From an uncultured Bacillota bacterium (lineage in GTDB: Bacteria; Bacillota_I; Bacilli_A; RF39; UBA660): 64,000 bases of DNA. A program made the translations under genes and the position numbers. The stretch covers positions 85,050-149,049 of the forward strand of contig CAJLEF010000002.1 of assembly GCA_905205665.1 (NCBI GenBank), read 5' to 3'. Below the pieces are notes generated by a model. It did not search any database. It saw only the letters and a list, made by a program, of their open reading frames with translations, and was not told the origin of the DNA. Below, piece by piece: positions 1 to 8,319 of this stretch; position 1 is the stretch's first letter, and the number at the start of each line of letters is the position of its first letter.

Positions 1-499
1 CACCAACTGCCTTTTTGGTTTCATAGTAAATGTAGGCTTTATCTTTTCTAATTTCAATATGAAAAACAAGTTCAGGATGATGAACATCTACTTTTACATT
101 TTCCTTATTTTTTAAGATTAAACCTCCAATACGACGACTCACTTCTAAACTTTCTAAAGGAAAAGTTTTATCACTTCTTTTGGTTTCTACTTTAAATGTT
201 TTAAAAGATAAATCTTTAACAAATAAAATAGTTTGTTTTTCAATTTCTTCTAAAGAGTTATTAATAAGTTCATAACCTGTAATAACTTCATGGATACCAA
301 AAGTATTTCTAACAATTTCTTCTACTTCATCGAAACGGTCTTCTGTTTTGACAAACATTCTACCTTTATCATAAGTAATCTCGATGTCATATTTGCAAAG
401 TCTTTTTTCAAGATTTTGTTTTAAAGTTTTTAAAAACATATTAATATTATCTTTTTTCGTATTTAATTCGGCATATTTAATTAAAATAATTTTTTCCAT
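1..499 (-). CDS. thiI: tRNA 4-thiouridine synthase ThiI, N-terminal part (the 3' portion of the gene lies beyond the window start)
   Basis: The minus-strand frame is open to position 1. ATG at 497-499 is preceded by AGGAGG. The N-terminus MEKIILIKYAELNTKKDNINMF resembles the ThiI N-terminal/THUMP region. It lies directly downstream of a cysteine desulfurase, as in the Firmicutes nifZ-thiI pair. Confidence 0.75.
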   Translation of the reverse strand, partial: MEKIILIKYAELNTKKDNINMFLKTLKQNLEKRLCKYDIEITYDKGRMFVKTEDRFDEVEEIVRNTFGIHEVITGYELINNSLEEIEKQTILFVKDLSFKTFKVETKRSDKTFPLESLEVSRRIGGLILKNKENVKVDVHHPELVFHIEIRKDKAYIYYETKKAVG

Positions 500-521
500 A
501 AAAACCTCCTGATTTTTTTTA

Positions 522-611
522 TTAAGCTGTTAAAAATAAGTAAATGGTACCACTGATGATAAGACCAATTAAAATAATAGCAAAAATAATAAGTAAATAC
601 CCTTTTTTCAT
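522..611 (-). CDS. possible 29-aa hydrophobic peptide (MKKGYLLIIFAIILIGLIISGTIYLFLTA)
   Basis: Small ORF between the desulfurase and thiI. Its ATG overlaps the desulfurase TGA stop. It encodes a single predicted TM helix. There is no other support. Confidence 0.2.
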   Translation of the reverse strand: MKKGYLLIIFAIILIGLIISGTIYLFLTA

Positions 612-1750
612 TCTTTATTCTCCCTACTTAAAACAGATAATCTTTGATAAACCATTTTAAAGCAACCTAAGAAACGATTAATTTCATCAGTTGTAGTAAC
701 ATAAGAAAGACTAATTCTTAAAGTACTTGAAGCTCTTTTGCGGTCATTATATAAAGCCATTACAGATGTCGATAATTCCCCACTGGCACACGCAGTATTG
801 GTACTTACATAAATCTCATATTCTTCTAAGGCATGTAAAAAAGTCTCCGCTTTAATATTTTTAAAAGAAATATTTAAAATATGAGGAATAGATATTTTCG
901 TTTGATTAATTAATACTCCATCATATTTACTAAGTTCGGTAACAATTCGTTCATTTAGTCTCTTAACAAAATTTTCTCTTTTATCTAAGTCTGTCGTAGC
1001 AAGTCGAATGGCTTTTGCAAAAGAAACAATTAAAGGTACGGGTGGTGTTCCTGGATTTAACATATTGACATGCCCACTGCCGTATAAAATTGGGGTTAAA
1101 TTAACAGAAGCTTTTTTATAAAGCAAACCAATTCCTTTAGGTCCAAAAATCTTATGAGCAGTGATACTTGCTAAATCAACATCATGAAAATTAACTGGTA
1201 TTTTACCTAAGGCTTGTGTCATATCACTATGAAAAATAGTATTAATATTTTCTTTTTTAATAATTTGACGAAGCATTTTTAAAGGTTGTCTTACCCCGGT
1301 TTCACTATTTACAGCACAAATACTTACTAAAATCGTGTCATCTCTTACAAGTCTTTTTAAATCTTCAAAATCAATAAGACCTTCTTCATTATTATCTACT
1401 ACACTAACTTCAAAACCAATACTTTCTAAATATTTACAAATTTTATAAATAGATGGATGTTCTAATCTGGAAACAATAATGTGATTTCCTTTTTTTATAT
1501 TAGCTAAAGCAGTACCAATTAAAGCTAAATTATTACTCATGGTGGCGCCACTTGTAAAAGTAATTTCGCTTTCTAAAACATTAAAAATATCACTAATTTG
1601 TTTAATAGCACTATTCATGAGTGCTTTTGATTTTAATCCTAAATTATGTAAACTATTAGGATTTCCTGAAAAGTCTCTTGTTGCTCTTATATAAGACTCT
1701 AAAACATCATAACTTACTGGTGTCGTTGCACTGTAATCTAGATATATCAT
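608..1750 (-). CDS. cysteine desulfurase (class V aminotransferase, NifS/NifZ/IscS-like)
   Basis: 380-aa ORF. The PLP-lysine context SITAHKIFGPKGIG and the SGELSTS region are typical of NifS-type desulfurases. It is adjacent to thiI. Confidence 0.85.
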   Translation of the reverse strand: MIYLDYSATTPVSYDVLESYIRATRDFSGNPNSLHNLGLKSKALMNSAIKQISDIFNVLESEITFTSGATMSNNLALIGTALANIKKGNHIIVSRLEHPSIYKICKYLESIGFEVSVVDNNEEGLIDFEDLKRLVRDDTILVSICAVNSETGVRQPLKMLRQIIKKENINTIFHSDMTQALGKIPVNFHDVDLASITAHKIFGPKGIGLLYKKASVNLTPILYGSGHVNMLNPGTPPVPLIVSFAKAIRLATTDLDKRENFVKRLNERIVTELSKYDGVLINQTKISIPHILNISFKNIKAETFLHALEEYEIYVSTNTACASGELSTSVMALYNDRKRASSTLRISLSYVTTTDEINRFLGCFKMVYQRLSVLSRENKE

Positions 1751-2322
1751 TTTACTTCACTCCCTAACAATATAGCTTCTACTTGTTGCCAATCATAAAC
1801 TCTTTTTATATTCAGATTAGTAAGTTCTTCAAAAGAATATTTTTGATTATGAAGCTGATCCATTAACAATTTGGTTTCGCCATATCCTTTTAAATTACTT
1901 ACTTTATCATCAATTTTAATATCACACATAATAATATCTTTACTACCCGTCAAAACTATTTTTTTAGGGTCAATAAAGGGCATATTTTTTAAAATCCATT
2001 CATATTTATATTTGGCCATAATACTACTTTCTTTAATTCTTCTTTTATCTACGAAAGCAGACACAATATAAATTTCATAAAAATGACTTAGCTTTTCAAT
2101 AACGCCAAGTGCATCTGGTAATATCATCGCATCATCATAAACATTAACATTTTGGTAAAAATAATCTAAAAAATCTTGTTTTTTATCTTCTGCAATAATA
2201 TCTTCGACAAAATAAGTTTTGATATCTTCGTATTTATAATTAGTATTTAAATATTTATTTACTTCTTTTAAATAACTTGGGGAACAGATTGTTTCGTCTA
2301 AATCAATCATTATTTTTTTCAT
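1747..2322 (-). CDS. HAD-superfamily hydrolase, 5'(3')-deoxyribonucleotidase-like (NT5C/YorS-like)
   Basis: 191 aa. The N-terminal motif IDLDETI matches DxDx(T/V). The distal KIDDK motif is typical of the NT5C-type HAD family. Start and stop overlap the neighbouring genes. Confidence 0.55.
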   Translation of the reverse strand: MKKIMIDLDETICSPSYLKEVNKYLNTNYKYEDIKTYFVEDIIAEDKKQDFLDYFYQNVNVYDDAMILPDALGVIEKLSHFYEIYIVSAFVDKRRIKESSIMAKYKYEWILKNMPFIDPKKIVLTGSKDIIMCDIKIDDKVSNLKGYGETKLLMDQLHNQKYSFEELTNLNIKRVYDWQQVEAILLGSEVK

Positions 2323-2352
2323 ATTTACTCCTTAACTATTACCATTATAGAG

Positions 2353-2390
2353 AAAAAAAGCGTTAAGTTCAAGAATTTTTATGACTTAAC
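2353..2390 (-). terminator. rho-independent terminator after ezrA
   Basis: Minus strand: GTTAAGT-15 nt loop-ACTTAAC-GC-TTTTTTT, immediately after the ezrA stop. Confidence 0.5.
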
Positions 2391-2395
2391 TCTTT

Positions 2396-4111
2396 CTAAC
2401 GATATTCTTCCATTAATTTTTTATAAATGCCTGGTTCAACTAAATTGATAGCATTAATGGCATTTTCTAAAGAATGTTTAAAATCACCTTTATAAAATAG
2501 TTTTTCGGCTTTAATAAGTCCTATTTCTACTTCATCATTTATAGGACGATACCGATTGCCATAAACAATAGCGGTTTCAGCCATTTTAGCCGTTTTCACT
2601 GTTTCTTTAGTTGTATTAAAAACTTTTAAAACTAAATCTCTTGCCGTATCTACTCTTGTATTTAGTACTTTAATGGATATAGGTGTTTTTTCAAGTTCTT
2701 GAACCATATTATATATAGCTTCTGTTGCTTCACCTAATTCAACAAAGTAGTTATCAGGAATAATAGGTAACTTATAAGAACGAATTTCTTTTTTAGCTTG
2801 ATTTAATATTTCTTTCATTTCTTCTAATTGATCTTTTGCTCTTAATTCGTCTTCTTTTAAACTACCAAAAGTTCTTAAGGCTAATTCTAATTTTTCTTCT
2901 GTTTTAGATACTTTTAAATTTAAAACTTCCATTTCTTTAGCTAAATGAGAATAAGAAACGGTTTTACTCCGTCCGGCTTCAATTACTTCATCGTATTTTT
3001 CATGTTCTTCTTTTAATTCGGCAGTTATTTTATAAACAATCGAAACATCTTCTTCTGATAAATCATAACTGTATTTTATTTCATCTAATTTTCCTTCTAA
3101 AGTATGATTTATTTTTTCTAATTTGGTAATTTTTAGTAAAATAGTTCTTAAAAAATCATTATAAATTTTACGAGATATTTTTTGTTTATCAAATTCATTA
3201 TAAATAGAGTCAAAATAATCACTCATTGTTTTTAATTCAAAAATACTATCTTCAATATTTAAAACATTAAGTCTTTGAAAAATATCGGTGATTTTCTTAC
3301 TAGATTCGGTAATATTGTAAGGAATGTTTAAGTAATCTAAGTTATAACCATCTTTAGTTAAATTTTTAGCCATATTACTAATTTCACTAATTTTTTTAGG
3401 TATGACATTTTTGCCCATGGAAATGATTGTAGGGGCTTCTTCAATGACTAATTTTAAGTTACCAGTTAAATCATCTATGGCTTTAACAATTTTACTAACT
3501 TCTTGATAAGACTTTTTATCCATCGCTGATTCAAAGGCACCGAATAATTTATCGACATTTTCAAATTGCAGCTCTAAAGGACTGCTTACTAAAGTATATT
3601 CATTTTTATGTTCATTATATTTAGTTAAAATAGCCCGATATTTTGCTTTTAATTTAGTAATCGTTTCTCTATTTTTCTCTTCGCTTAAAGTTATTTCTTT
3701 GATTTCATTTAGTAAAAAAATAGCTTTTGTTTTGACAAAGTAGATATCAAGTTCAATATTAGCAAGTTGTTCTTTTAACGCTTTATAATCTTTTTTATTA
3801 AAACTATTTTCAGCATCTAATAATAAATCGGTAAGGCGGTCCATATCTTCGTTTTTGATTGTATCAAAACGTTTTTGCCATTTAGCAAGATTGCCTTCTA
3901 AATCACTTCCTAAAATTAAAGGTTCAACTTTTTTAAATTCGGCCATTAAATTAGCTGAAACGATTAAGTTTTTATCTCGTTCTAACTCATCTAATTGTTT
4001 TCGATATTTTTTCTTTTCCCGATTAGATAAAACAAATAAAACAATCGTGATGGTTATGATTGTTAGAAAGTAACACGCAATCCCTAAAATTATAAACAAA
4101 TCCTTGCTCAT
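2396..4111 (-). CDS. ezrA: septation ring formation regulator EzrA
   Basis: 571 aa with a single N-terminal TM helix followed by long coiled-coil repeats. Size, architecture and position next to nifZ-thiI match Firmicutes ezrA. Confidence 0.8.
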   Translation of the reverse strand: MSKDLFIILGIACYFLTIITITIVLFVLSNREKKKYRKQLDELERDKNLIVSANLMAEFKKVEPLILGSDLEGNLAKWQKRFDTIKNEDMDRLTDLLLDAENSFNKKDYKALKEQLANIELDIYFVKTKAIFLLNEIKEITLSEEKNRETITKLKAKYRAILTKYNEHKNEYTLVSSPLELQFENVDKLFGAFESAMDKKSYQEVSKIVKAIDDLTGNLKLVIEEAPTIISMGKNVIPKKISEISNMAKNLTKDGYNLDYLNIPYNITESSKKITDIFQRLNVLNIEDSIFELKTMSDYFDSIYNEFDKQKISRKIYNDFLRTILLKITKLEKINHTLEGKLDEIKYSYDLSEEDVSIVYKITAELKEEHEKYDEVIEAGRSKTVSYSHLAKEMEVLNLKVSKTEEKLELALRTFGSLKEDELRAKDQLEEMKEILNQAKKEIRSYKLPIIPDNYFVELGEATEAIYNMVQELEKTPISIKVLNTRVDTARDLVLKVFNTTKETVKTAKMAETAIVYGNRYRPINDEVEIGLIKAEKLFYKGDFKHSLENAINAINLVEPGIYKKLMEEYR

Positions 4112-4193
4112 TTTACTCCCTACCTTCTATCTATGCTATTATTGTATCATATTTTATAGGAGTTTAAATCCCTAAATTGCAGAGATTGTCAAA

Positions 4194-4886
4194 TTATAGA
4201 CTACAGTTATCTTTTAAAGTTAAAGGAATTTGATACTTAACAGGTTCTTTATTTTCTTTTGTAGCTTCAATTTCTACTTGTAAAGCATTTTCTAAATACA
4301 TCTTACAAGAATGAGAATAATGATCAATATTAAACTCGACAGTTTTTAAATACTTTGAAAGAGTAATAGCTTCTCCTTCATAAGTAGCACTTTTAATTTC
4401 GGTTTTAGCACCATCTACAACTTCATATAATTTACAAGAAATATCTGTATATTTTTCATTAGGATTTTCCCCGCAGTAATCAATATTTGATATGTAAATA
4501 GCAGTTTTACTTTTGTTATAGGCAATACTTCCCGAAAGAGTAAAATCTTTACAAGAAGCATTTAAGGTTTTGAATTCAAATTCACGAGGTATTGTTGCAT
4601 AATAAATAGCAAGGCCACCTAATAGTAAAATTATAGAAATAAGACTTATTAAAAGAATTTTTTTAGATTTCTTTTGCTTTCTTTCTCCTTCTAATAACTC
4701 ATCTAAATTCATGTTATAATCTTCACACATTTGTTTTAAAATAGCAATATCTGGAATATTTTTAGCTGTTTCCCATTTACTAACAGCTTGATAGGTAACG
4801 TTATATTTAGAGGCTAAATCTTTTTGAGTTAAGCCCTCTTTTTTACGTAATTCTTTTATAAAGCGAGACACTTTTTCTGGATCCAT
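4194..4886 (-). CDS. membrane-anchored XRE-family HTH regulator (HTH - TM - about 115-aa Cys-containing extracytoplasmic domain)
   Basis: The HTH reads LRKKEGLTQKDLASKYNVTYQAVSKWETAKNIPD, followed by the TM segment ILLISLISIILLLGGLAIYY. The start is moved to MDPEKV (ATG at 4884-4886) behind AGGTGG. The track ORF runs on to 4940. Confidence 0.7.
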   Translation of the reverse strand: MDPEKVSRFIKELRKKEGLTQKDLASKYNVTYQAVSKWETAKNIPDIAILKQMCEDYNMNLDELLEGERKQKKSKKILLISLISIILLLGGLAIYYATIPREFEFKTLNASCKDFTLSGSIAYNKSKTAIYISNIDYCGENPNEKYTDISCKLYEVVDGAKTEIKSATYEGEAITLSKYLKTVEFNIDHYSHSCKMYLENALQVEIEATKENKEPVKYQIPLTLKDNCSL

Positions 4887-4966
4887 TTTTCCACCTACTT
4901 CTCTTTTCAAAATTTTATAATAGAACAAAAACCTCGTCAAGAAAAAAGATAATCCATAAGACTATC

Positions 4967-5545
4967 TTAGTTTAATAATTCATTAAGTTGCTTTAAAGCT
5001 TTTAAGAAAGCTTCTTCTTTTTCATAAGCAAAGATTTTTTCTTCGACACCACTTTTTTCTTCTGATGAATATGGTATTTTAGGTTCTCCAGGAATAATCT
5101 CAAAATTACGAATGTTAACAACTGGTTCTTTTGGAGTATCTAAAGTGATTTTTTTAACTGGAATCACATCATCTACCATTTCTTCCTTAGTATAATAAAT
5201 TTCTTTTTGTTTAACACCATTTACTAGTTCATCATAACTTATGATGGCATTGTTTTCTTGTTCTTCTTCGTAAGCAGTCAAATCAATAGTAGGTTTTGGA
5301 CTTTCGTCAATAGCATTGATAATACTTTGTAAATCAATATCCTCCTCTTTTTCGATATTCATAGTTAACTCCTTATTATTCTTTTCTTCTTTTATTTCTT
5401 CTACATTTTCTTCTTTTTCTGTTTCAATAACATAAATTAAAGAAACAATTAATATAATTAACGCGATTACAGCAAAATAAAGAACGTAATCAACGATTGA
5501 AAGACTACTTAATATTTGAACGATATCTTTAAAAATATTTATCAT
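4967..5545 (-). CDS. hypothetical membrane-anchored acidic (Glu-rich) protein
   Basis: N-terminal TM helix followed by an E/K-rich low-complexity region. The start is set at ATG 5543-5545, 5 nt after AGGTGG. The track uses an upstream GTG. Confidence 0.5.
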   Translation of the reverse strand: MINIFKDIVQILSSLSIVDYVLYFAVIALIILIVSLIYVIETEKEENVEEIKEEKNNKELTMNIEKEEDIDLQSIINAIDESPKPTIDLTAYEEEQENNAIISYDELVNGVKQKEIYYTKEEMVDDVIPVKKITLDTPKEPVVNIRNFEIIPGEPKIPYSSEEKSGVEEKIFAYEKEEAFLKALKQLNELLN

Positions 5546-5578
5546 ACTTACCACCTATTACTAATATAGCAAAATCTT

Positions 5579-5608
5579 AAAAAAATAGCCATCTTATTTG
5601 ACTATTTT
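5579..5608 (-). terminator. rho-independent terminator after paralog P1
   Basis: Minus strand: AATAGTC-loop-GGCTATT followed by T7. Confidence 0.45.
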
Positions 5609-5638
5609 TTATGTTTTAGACATTTTTTTGACAATATT

Positions 5639-6859
5639 TTAATTATTAATATTTAAATGATACGGATTTTCTTTACTACCATCACCTAAAATATTTGTCT
5701 TTTTAACAAGAGTGATAACCGGTCTAAAAAACAAATTGGTATCTTCTTGAATATCTTTTATTAAAGAACCATTTGACATAACCGCGATGTAGTTTGTTTT
5801 ACCATTTTCTTTTTTATTAGGTGTCATAGTCCACCAAGAACTTTGTAAGTTAGGAAGATATAAATAATAATCCTTATTTTCATTCGTAGTTGCTCCGGCA
5901 AACATGACTTCATCCGCGGTTAAAGTAGCAATTTTTTTAGATAAAGAAGTACCATTACAAGCATTAGTAGGATTTGCTTCTTGAAATAAACGACTATTAG
6001 AAAGATATTCTATTTTGCCATTTTCATCTAAGTTAACGCTGTTATCATAACAATATCTCGTGCTAGCAATATAACTATCATTATCCATTAAAAGTGTATT
6101 ATAAAACTTTTCTAATTCGGTATTTAAATTACTTGTCACAAAATCATTATTACCAAGAGCACTTGTTACATTAAAAGGTATCATTGCTTCAGTAATACTA
6201 TTTAAAACTAATTTAACTGTTTTATCTTCATTTATTTTAACAATGCGCCACATTTGATTGGCAAACATTACATAATTATTTTCAACCTTACCGCGAAAAT
6301 AATAAACATCCCCATCTTGTTCTGCTTTTCTTATTAAACCATTTTCTTCTTGACTTTCTAAAATGGTATTATTTTGTAAAATAACACTGGCAAAACTATT
6401 ATCAATTTCTTCAATATCTGTTTCAATTTCAAACGTTAAAGCATTTTTTAAAGGATTTGAAATATCCATAGTATATCGATGTGTTTCTTGTGGTTCAATT
6501 TCAATACGACTACCTAATAATGTTTTAGAAAATGAAGAAGAAAAACTTTCAAATACTTGATTGTTAGATTTCAAAGTATAACTTGCTTCATCGGCATTTA
6601 AAACATTAGTTAATTTTACATAATAATACTTAGTATCATCAGAATGATTTGTCACTGAAAATTCTATTTTTTCAGTCTCATTATTTACTTTTATTTTGTT
6701 GCCATTTATATAATTTATAGAAAGTTCTTCTGTTACTAGAGTAAGAGCCTCTCCATAAGTTTGATTTAATCTATATTTACGATATTCAGAAAAAACAAAT
6801 AAACAAGCAAGGAAGATGATAAAAATTATAACCAAAGCGATTATATACTTTTTTTTCAT
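5639..6859 (-). CDS. exported/membrane-anchored paralog-family protein P1 (divergent member)
   Basis: N-terminal TM. It shares the family motifs YYFRGKVENNYVMFANQMWRIVKIN, LTADEVMFAG, SWWTMTPN and FRPVITL...GDGSKENPYHL with P2-P5. Alternative starts lie at 6865 and 6868. Confidence 0.7.
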   Translation of the reverse strand: MKKKYIIALVIIFIIFLACLFVFSEYRKYRLNQTYGEALTLVTEELSINYINGNKIKVNNETEKIEFSVTNHSDDTKYYYVKLTNVLNADEASYTLKSNNQVFESFSSSFSKTLLGSRIEIEPQETHRYTMDISNPLKNALTFEIETDIEEIDNSFASVILQNNTILESQEENGLIRKAEQDGDVYYFRGKVENNYVMFANQMWRIVKINEDKTVKLVLNSITEAMIPFNVTSALGNNDFVTSNLNTELEKFYNTLLMDNDSYIASTRYCYDNSVNLDENGKIEYLSNSRLFQEANPTNACNGTSLSKKIATLTADEVMFAGATTNENKDYYLYLPNLQSSWWTMTPNKKENGKTNYIAVMSNGSLIKDIQEDTNLFFRPVITLVKKTNILGDGSKENPYHLNINN

Positions 6860-6896
6860 GGCCATCAACCCTTCTTATAATATAAGTATATTAATT

Positions 6897-6912
6897 TGAC
6901 AAAGATATGTCA
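6897..6912. promoter_or_regulatory. palindrome TGACA-AAGATA-TGTCA overlapping the predicted -35 of the P1 promoter (candidate operator)
   Basis: Inverted repeat seen directly in the sequence. On the minus strand, TTGTCA (6897-6902), a 17-nt spacer and TATAAG (6874-6879) form a plausible promoter. Apart from a one-nucleotide difference in spacer length (N6 here, N5 there), the TGACAAA...ATATGTCA core is the same as in the palindrome at 9803-9823. Confidence 0.35.
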
Positions 6913-6954
6913 ATTTATTTTGAAGGACTTGACAATTTTTTTAAGCCTTCCATC

Positions 6955-8307
6955 CTAAGCAACAACATAGGGATCGGTCATGGTACCACTTCCTGTAATA
7001 GTCACATCAGAGCGAATATTGATTACTGGTGTTAAAGAATAATTACTTCCAGAAGTATAGGGATCATCAAATCTTCCAACAGCATCAATGATAAATACAT
7101 AAATTCCCCAATAAGTTTTATCAAATGGATTATAACCTCCTACAGGTGTCATGGTCCAAATATTTTTGCCAGTAGTTAGAAAGCATTTATAACAACTTTT
7201 TTGATAATTATATCCACCATTAAAATCACCACCACCATAGCCAGATAACATTGCTTCATCTGCACTTATTAAACCAACAGGATAAGTTAGTGCCTTATTA
7301 CCAACGTTTGATGATGTAATCGTATAAAAATCATTAGTATTTTCACATGACAAACTTGGTGTTCCATGTGAAATTCTTAAATACCCATTATAATAAGTAG
7401 TAATCGTACCTGTTCCAACACCAGACTGCAAATTCAGGGTTGAACGATCACCACAAAAGCCTGTTTCTTTATCTAAATAATTGATATAAGAATTAAGGTT
7501 ATTTTTAAAAAAATTATCATTATTCTGTTTTATAACTGATGAAATCAGCAAACCATGTTGTTTATTTTCTTCATACATATACCCAACATACATATTATTA
7601 CTATAATTATTAAAAAAAGAACTTGACATTGCTTGCCTATCATCAGATATTTCCCCATTCTCGTGGGCACTTGTTCCATCATAGATCATTCTTATGGAGC
7701 CATTACTATTAATACGAACAATTCGCCAATAAAAACCTGCGAATTTAACATAATTATTTTCTACCGAACCTCTGTAATAATAAGTTGGCTTTCCATCATA
7801 GTCTGTTGTTTCAAAAATACCCTTTTCGTGTGATTCACATGATGAATCATCACAAGCTGACTTTGTAAAATCTGGAGTATAACTATTCACTTCAATATTT
7901 CCTAAGGTGGTTTTTACTGTTTTGGCTGTTTTATTAAAATATAAAGTACATTTAGTTCTTGTATTTGTAGTCGCACTATAATTATGATAATCTCCGATAA
8001 ATTTCCAACCAGCATTATCCCAAGTTGGAACAACGCCATTATTACAATTTGATTTTGTCTCATCTAAAGTGTAACCTGTATTTTGAAGAGGCATATTTCT
8101 TGATATAACGCCATCTATATAATAAGCAAAATAAATATCTCCTGGATCTTCTACTGTTCCATTGATAACATCAAAATCTTTCCTTTCTTCATAGAAAGCA
8201 TAACTTTGATAAAAAATTACATAACCCGTTATAATGCCAATCATAAAAACAAATACGATTATGGCTATTTTTTTAGGCTTTTTTATTTTAAATTTTTCTA
8301 ATTTCAT
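6955..8307 (-). CDS. exported paralog-family protein P2
   Basis: 450 aa. N-terminal TM/signal with SYA|FYEE. Blocks are near-identical to P3/P4/P5, for example PTYYYRGSVENNYVKFAGFYWRI(V/I)RINSNGSIRMIYDGTSAH. It starts 12 nt after the P3 stop, behind GGTGGTGA. Confidence 0.8.
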   Translation of the reverse strand: MKLEKFKIKKPKKIAIIVFVFMIGIITGYVIFYQSYAFYEERKDFDVINGTVEDPGDIYFAYYIDGVISRNMPLQNTGYTLDETKSNCNNGVVPTWDNAGWKFIGDYHNYSATTNTRTKCTLYFNKTAKTVKTTLGNIEVNSYTPDFTKSACDDSSCESHEKGIFETTDYDGKPTYYYRGSVENNYVKFAGFYWRIVRINSNGSIRMIYDGTSAHENGEISDDRQAMSSSFFNNYSNNMYVGYMYEENKQHGLLISSVIKQNNDNFFKNNLNSYINYLDKETGFCGDRSTLNLQSGVGTGTITTYYNGYLRISHGTPSLSCENTNDFYTITSSNVGNKALTYPVGLISADEAMLSGYGGGDFNGGYNYQKSCYKCFLTTGKNIWTMTPVGGYNPFDKTYWGIYVFIIDAVGRFDDPYTSGSNYSLTPVINIRSDVTITGSGTMTDPYVVA

Positions 8308-8319
8308 CTTTTCACCACC

